Of a stretch of 40,939 bases of DNA, positions 36,737 to 40,939 are shown piece by piece (the first letter of the stretch is position 1; every line of letters begins with the position of its first letter). Both the position numbers and the translations under genes were made by a program. Source of the stretch: a virus (taxonomy: Duplodnaviria; Caudoviricetes). A model generated the notes under the pieces. It searched no databases and had not been told where the DNA came from. It worked only from the letters and a program-made list of their open reading frames with translations. The stretch spans positions 1 through 40,939 of IMG/VR virus record IMGVR_UViG_3300030106_003405; one strand, given 5' to 3'.

Positions 36737-38171
36737 CGGGGTGTGTTACTAAAAAACTCTCTCTGATCCTCATTAAAGCTTGTACTATTGTATCATGAAT
36801 ATCATCATGCTTTCCATATGGAAACTGAGCACATTCTTCGATTACACTCTTAGTCCAATCTTCATCCATTGTAAACACTAAACCGCCTTCGAACATTGAA
36901 GCTACGCCATGTGTTCTAGAAACTTTATCTCTTTCTGGAGTATAAGTAACAATAGGAACTCCTGATCTTCTCAAATCCTGTATAAGAGATTGACCTGAAG
37001 CTCTTTTTTCAATAAGAACTTGATCGGGCATCCACTCATAATAAGTATCTTGCGCACGTTGTCTTAAATCTGGATACTCTAATCTTTCTTTCCAAGCGTC
37101 TAATAATAAACAAGCTGCATAAGGAACATTGTTTTCATCTCTTGCTGTAAATACTCCCCATGTTGTACACGCAGAAAAGTCCGCAGATGATTTAGTACTG
37201 AATGCAGTATCATAAGATTGTACAACATAACCTAAAGTAGGAATTTTATCTCCTTCATAAATATTCCACCAATCTTTTTTAATAATAGAACCTTCTTCGT
37301 TACTAGGACGTTGTTGGTATAAAGCTTGCCATACACGTTCACCAACTGTATTTTGAATTTTTTCTAAATCTTCTTTATTGTAAGCTTCAGGCCATAAAGC
37401 ATTTCCTTTATCATCTATCGCAGGTAAATCTAAAACTTTCCAATCTTCTCCTGATTCATTTAAAATATATCCTGCAAGATCATCTTGATGCCATCTTGTT
37501 TGTATAACTATAATTTTTCCGCCAGGTTGTAATCTAGTATAAGCTACAGACTTATACCATTCTAAAAGATTTCTTCTTTGCACTTCTGATTCTGCGTCTT
37601 CTCTACCTTTTATCGGGTCATCAATAATTAATAAGTGTGCACCTCTACCAGTAATAGCACCACCTGCACCAACAGCTGAATAAGTACCACCATGTATAGT
37701 ATGAAATCTTTTAGCTGATGTACTGTCCGATCTTAAAGCAACTTGAGGAAAGACTTTATTGAAATCATCTCCTTGAACTTGGTTTCTTACTTTACGACCA
37801 AAGTCATCTGCTAATTCTTGAGCATAAGTAGATTGAATTACAAATTCGTTAGGATTGTTTCCTAAATACCACGCAGGAAAAAATTCTGAACATAACATAC
37901 TCTTACCATGTCTTGGTGGCATAAAGACTGCTAGTCTTTTAATATCACCTGATTCAAGCTTCTCTAGATTTTTTGCAATTAGTTTTATGTGCGCAGGATC
38001 CTGGTATCCCGGGTACATATGTTTTGCATATGATAATAAATTTTTACGAGCTTTAAAAGTACTTAGAAGATTGTTTAAGTGATTAATTACATCACCAGCT
38101 CTTTTATCCCTGGTCTTTTGGTAAATTTGAATAGCTGACTTTAATTTCTCTTTGATCTGTAACTCTTGCAT
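36669..38171 (-). CDS. terL: Terminase large subunit
   Basis: Walker A MPPRHGKS, GAGGAITGRGA, Walker B LLIIDDP, QTRWH.DDL, nuclease SYDTA...DFSA, IEKRASG, FPYGKHDDIHD. Confidence 0.95.
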   Translation of the reverse strand: MQELQIKEKLKSAIQIYQKTRDKRAGDVINHLNNLLSTFKARKNLLSYAKHMYPGYQDPAHIKLIAKNLEKLESGDIKRLAVFMPPRHGKSMLCSEFFPAWYLGNNPNEFVIQSTYAQELADDFGRKVRNQVQGDDFNKVFPQVALRSDSTSAKRFHTIHGGTYSAVGAGGAITGRGAHLLIIDDPIKGREDAESEVQRRNLLEWYKSVAYTRLQPGGKIIVIQTRWHQDDLAGYILNESGEDWKVLDLPAIDDKGNALWPEAYNKEDLEKIQNTVGERVWQALYQQRPSNEEGSIIKKDWWNIYEGDKIPTLGYVVQSYDTAFSTKSSADFSACTTWGVFTARDENNVPYAACLLLDAWKERLEYPDLRQRAQDTYYEWMPDQVLIEKRASGQSLIQDLRRSGVPIVTYTPERDKVSRTHGVASMFEGGLVFTMDEDWTKSVIEECAQFPYGKHDDIHDTIVQALMRIRESFLVTHPDDPEDDDYEKRKQLRKDKHYYS

Positions 38172-38961
38172 CTTGTTTCCCTGCGCCTAACCCGCCTTCC
38201 TTTTTATATATATCAAATTTTTCTTTAAGTAAAATGAAAGGGTCTGTTTTATTTGCAAGATGATCTGTAAGAAAAGTATTCTTTTGATTTATTAATCCTA
38301 GATACCAACTTATTTTCAAAGCATCTCTAAATCTAAGTTTGACCATCTGTTCGTGATGTAAGTCTCCTGGTTCTTTAGGATTACCTTCTTTGTAAATTCT
38401 AGCTCTAAAAGTATCATCATTATTATTGCCAGTAATATCTGCTCTATCGTGAATTACGTTTATATCTACATCTCTCATAATATTTAATAAGTAAGCTATC
38501 TCAGAGAGCCATGCATCATTCTGTCCATGTAAACTAATGTGATCTAATAAATAAAACCATGTTTGTGGAAAGCAGGGAAAGATACTATAAGGATGTCCTG
38601 TTTGTTCTTTGAATTTCAATAAACAAAATTCCTCTTCAAAATCTATAATTTTTTCATCCCAATTTTTTGTGCACATTAAAGCATCGTCATTGAAAAACAT
38701 TATCCATTTTCCATTTGCATATCCAGCCAAAGTATTATTATATTTATGTAAGTTTTGATAACCTATAGGATTAAATTGTAAAGCTAGTTGATTAGGATAC
38801 TTACTCTCTTTTAAAAAATTAAAAGTTTCTTCGTCATCTGTATCTACGCCAAATAAAAATTGTAACTTCTCTGGCTCTCTAGCATTATTGATTAATGAAC
38901 CTACAGCTTTTTTTAATAAAGGTATTCTTTTTCTCGTTGGTAATAATATTGATATGTTCAT
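38104..38961 (-). CDS. Glycosyltransferase family 2-like (GT-A fold)
   Basis: ISILLPTRKR, FGVDTDD, YNNTL, WIMFFNDD, QNDAWL...VIHDR. Confidence 0.8.
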   Translation of the reverse strand: MNISILLPTRKRIPLLKKAVGSLINNAREPEKLQFLFGVDTDDEETFNFLKESKYPNQLALQFNPIGYQNLHKYNNTLAGYANGKWIMFFNDDALMCTKNWDEKIIDFEEEFCLLKFKEQTGHPYSIFPCFPQTWFYLLDHISLHGQNDAWLSEIAYLLNIMRDVDINVIHDRADITGNNNDDTFRARIYKEGNPKEPGDLHHEQMVKLRFRDALKISWYLGLINQKNTFLTDHLANKTDPFILLKEKFDIYKKEGGLGAGKQDARVTDQREIKVSYSNLPKDQG

Positions 38962-39062
38962 GCTCTACCTATATACTTATAGATAGAACATAAAAACAAA
39001 AAAAGAACCCACCATCTCTCCCTGCTTGGCTACACAGAATGTGTACATCAAGCAACACCTAA

Positions 39063-39713
39063 TTACTTATCAAAATTTTTTTCTTCTATCTCGTAAAAAA
39101 ATTTATCAGTATCTTCAGTTATCCAGTCTTCGTTTTCGACATTCCAGTCGTTTGTCTGAACTTTGTAATCGGGAACTTCGTTTCTAACTGTGAACGAATT
39201 AACATTCCATAATATTCTGTTATTAGGCTGAGCAGCGAAATTACCGTTGTCAAGCTCCAATATATGAGCGCATTTATGCTCCTGAGGGATTTCAGAATGA
39301 TCTGTATCAAGTAGATTGGCATCAGGATGACACCAGTCCACAGTAAACAGATACTCACCACTATACAGTTTCTTATCTTTACCAAAATATTTTGCTCGTT
39401 GACCTTCTAGAAAAGCGTAATGAATAACGCTATGATAATAATCAAAACTATTCCACAACTCAAGTAAGTGGTTTGGCATATCTGGCACATCTTTTCTTTC
39501 CATACCTTTAGAGAAGAAGGCACAAATCGGCAGACGCCAAAACGCAGCACCATTTTCCAACATAATGTTAAATAGTATGCCACGACCTGAAATAGAGTTA
39601 AGACCAAAGATAACACAGTCTTCAGACTCTCCTTTATGTTTTTTAAGATCATATAAATACTCCTTGCGTATTTTACAATAAATTGGTGGAATGCTACTAC
39701 TTAAAAATGCCAT
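39063..39713 (-). CDS. Conserved hypothetical phage protein
   Basis: IRKEYLYD...GAAFWRLPI.AF...LELWN.F...GEYLFTVDW...EHKCAHI..LDNGNFAAQPNNR. Confidence 0.8.
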   Translation of the reverse strand: MAFLSSSIPPIYCKIRKEYLYDLKKHKGESEDCVIFGLNSISGRGILFNIMLENGAAFWRLPICAFFSKGMERKDVPDMPNHLLELWNSFDYYHSVIHYAFLEGQRAKYFGKDKKLYSGEYLFTVDWCHPDANLLDTDHSEIPQEHKCAHILELDNGNFAAQPNNRILWNVNSFTVRNEVPDYKVQTNDWNVENEDWITEDTDKFFYEIEEKNFDK

Positions 39714-39823
39714 TGTAAAGATATATTATAAAAAAAATTTTTTTTCTAGAGATATTTATACGCATGTACCTGATTTCACGCTATATCTATACCACTCTCT
39801 CTAACTAACTCTATTTACGCCAC

Positions 39824-39865
39824 AAACTTTATACGATTTTTTCTATTAAACTTAATACGATTTTT
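39824..39865. repeat. 18-bp imperfect direct repeat (24-bp period)
   Basis: AAACTTTATACGATTTTT (39824-39841) and AAACTTAATACGATTTTT (39848-39865). Confidence 0.6.
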
Positions 39866-39898
39866 AAAAAAAGAAAATTAGGAAAGTAAAAAAAGAAT

Positions 39899-39935
39899 AA
39901 AAAAAAAGCGTATCTAAATTAATAGATACGCTTTT
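39899..39935 (-). terminator. Intrinsic terminator (possibly bidirectional) closing the 128-aa gene
   Basis: AAAAGCGTATCTA-AATTAA-TAGATACGCTTTT perfect stem, with a long U-tract on the minus strand. Confidence 0.8.
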
Positions 39936-39952
39936 ATATTTTTTAAATAGTC

Positions 39953-40339
39953 TTATTTAAGATTATTTATTTTATCTTCGAAAAATTTAATATTCTCGAT
40001 TATCGAATTATCGACTTTATTATTTTTAATAAACTCTTTATTCGAGTTAATTAAATCTAAGTATAAATCTTTTTTAGATTTATCTAGATAAGAATTAATA
40101 TCTACTAATAGATTAACTTTTTTAAATCTATTATTTTTCGTAGTATCGTATTCTATATCGACTTTACGATAATCGTTATTAAAAGCTTTTTCTATCGTAT
40201 TAGAAAATTTAGCTTTTTCGTAAATATAAAAAGATTTCGTCTTATCTCTTTTATTATTTACTAATCTAAATAAAATTTTTTTATCTTTAAATTCTCTAAA
40301 AGATAAAGCGATTTTATTTTCTATTATTTTTTTACTCAT
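39953..40339 (-). CDS. 128-aa hypothetical protein with restricted dinucleotide and amino-acid alphabet (putative immediate-early gene)
   Basis: Intact ORF with its own promoter, AGAAAG RBS-like tract and terminator. No G, P, W, C, H, Q or internal M. Confidence 0.75.
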   Translation of the reverse strand: MSKKIIENKIALSFREFKDKKILFRLVNNKRDKTKSFYIYEKAKFSNTIEKAFNNDYRKVDIEYDTTKNNRFKKVNLLVDINSYLDKSKKDLYLDLINSNKEFIKNNKVDNSIIENIKFFEDKINNLK

Positions 40340-40355
40340 ATTATTTTCTACTTTC

Positions 40356-40404
40356 TAATTCTTAAAAGATTTCTATTTATTAGAAAATATAATTTTAAGA
40401 ATTA
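40356..40404 (-). other. 5'-UTR stem-loop
   Basis: 12-bp perfect arms TAATTCTTAAAA (40356-40367) and TTTTAAGAATTA (40393-40404), plus inner TTTCTA/TAGAAA. Confidence 0.6.
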
Positions 40405-40408
40405 ACGA

Positions 40409-40437
40409 ATATTAAAAAATTTTTTTATAAAAGTAAA
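40409..40437 (-). promoter_or_regulatory. Sigma70-like promoter of the 128-aa gene
   Basis: TTTACT(40432-40437)-N17-TAATAT(40409-40414) with an AT-rich upstream element. Confidence 0.6.
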
Positions 40438-40785
40438 TAAATAAATTTATGTTGTTTAGAATTATTCTAAACTGTATGTTCTTATTTTGTTCTAGGATAA
40501 AAAAACTAGATAATTTAATAATAATATTATTATCGAATAACTTATTAAACCTCTTAACATATATAAAATCATAATAACTCTTTTTTTAAATTAATAATAA
40601 TTTTATTAATATTTATTTTAAATCATTTAGATACGTTAAAATATATTTTTCTGTTTTTGAGGAAAAAGCTCTATCATCCTTTTTTTTATTTAACGTGATC
40701 CTTGCTGATCAGTGCTGAGCCCTAGCCTCAGGGATCAAGAAGGTTCAACTAGAGTCAATGATCAAGGACGGTTGCGGAATGTTGT

Positions 40786-40939
40786 TTAGTCAAGCTTGTG
40801 TTCGGTTTTGATTTGATCAAGGAACTTGCCAAGGTCTTCATCGGACATAGTGTCAAGGGTTGAGTGTTGCACTTCTTTCTTCTCCACCAAAAACCCCAAC
40901 AACTGAGATTTCAACCTTATCGCATTGACTGCTGCTGTA
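40786..40939 (-). CDS. terS: Probable terminase small subunit, C-terminal 50 aa (partial)
   Basis: Not in the ORF track. ...TAAVNAIRLKSQLLGFLVEKKEVQHSTLDTMSDEDLGKFLDQIKTEHKLD* resembles the TerS C-terminal pattern; upstream of terL on the same strand. Confidence 0.6.
   Translation of the reverse strand, partial: TAAVNAIRLKSQLLGFLVEKKEVQHSTLDTMSDEDLGKFLDQIKTEHKLD

Noticed and set aside
179-38082. Numerous plus-strand ORFs in the track (e.g. 179..451, 5893..6144, 6652..7014, 21511..21906, 29444..29887, 35550..35771)
   Set aside because: They are antisense shadows of well-supported minus-strand genes, with no RBS or motifs.
39119-39652. Alternative-frame minus-strand ORFs of 88 and 81 aa
   Set aside because: Both are nested in the conserved 216-aa gene with no supporting signals.
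39883-40449. Explaining the dinucleotide gap as simple AT-richness, assembly artefact or RIP-like decay
   Set aside because: The equally AT-rich flank 40450-40690 contains TG, CA, GG and CC; ORF, promoter and terminator are intact; CpG is enriched rather than lost.
1-40939. tRNA, CRISPR array, integrase, transposase, intron/intein, DGR reverse transcriptase
   Set aside because: None recognised by eye; intergenic gaps are mostly too short, and terL and the helicase are of normal length.

Overview
A 41-kb segment of a low-GC (roughly 30%) tailed dsDNA phage with podovirus-like organisation. Gene content resembles marine uvMED/pelagiphage-type genomes; this assignment is from recall, not a database search. 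Almost all genes lie on the minus strand. From right to left the window holds: the 3' end of a probable small terminase gene; an isolated AT-rich single-gene cassette; a conserved hypothetical gene; a GT2 glycosyltransferase; the large terminase; a block of tiny basic proteins; portal, GroES, scaffold and major capsid; head-tail adaptors with a second glycosyltransferase-like gene; tail genes ending in a polyglycine-II adhesin; 12 tandem 2OG-Fe(II) oxygenases; a tail/stabilisation protein, a GNAT and three probable ejection proteins; an amidase/holin lysis cassette; a lone plus-strand SNF2 helicase; and the start of a replication operon. Two features stand out. (1) A self-contained ~570-bp transcription unit (39883-40449: promoter, 5' hairpin, 128-aa ORF, terminator) has no CC, GG, CA or TG dinucleotide except its own ATG, so the protein lacks G, P, W, C, H, Q and internal M. 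(2) The 12-oxygenase array sits directly behind the glycine-rich adhesin and may form a virion-protein or DNA modification system together with the two glycosyltransferases. All functional calls come from reading motifs by eye.
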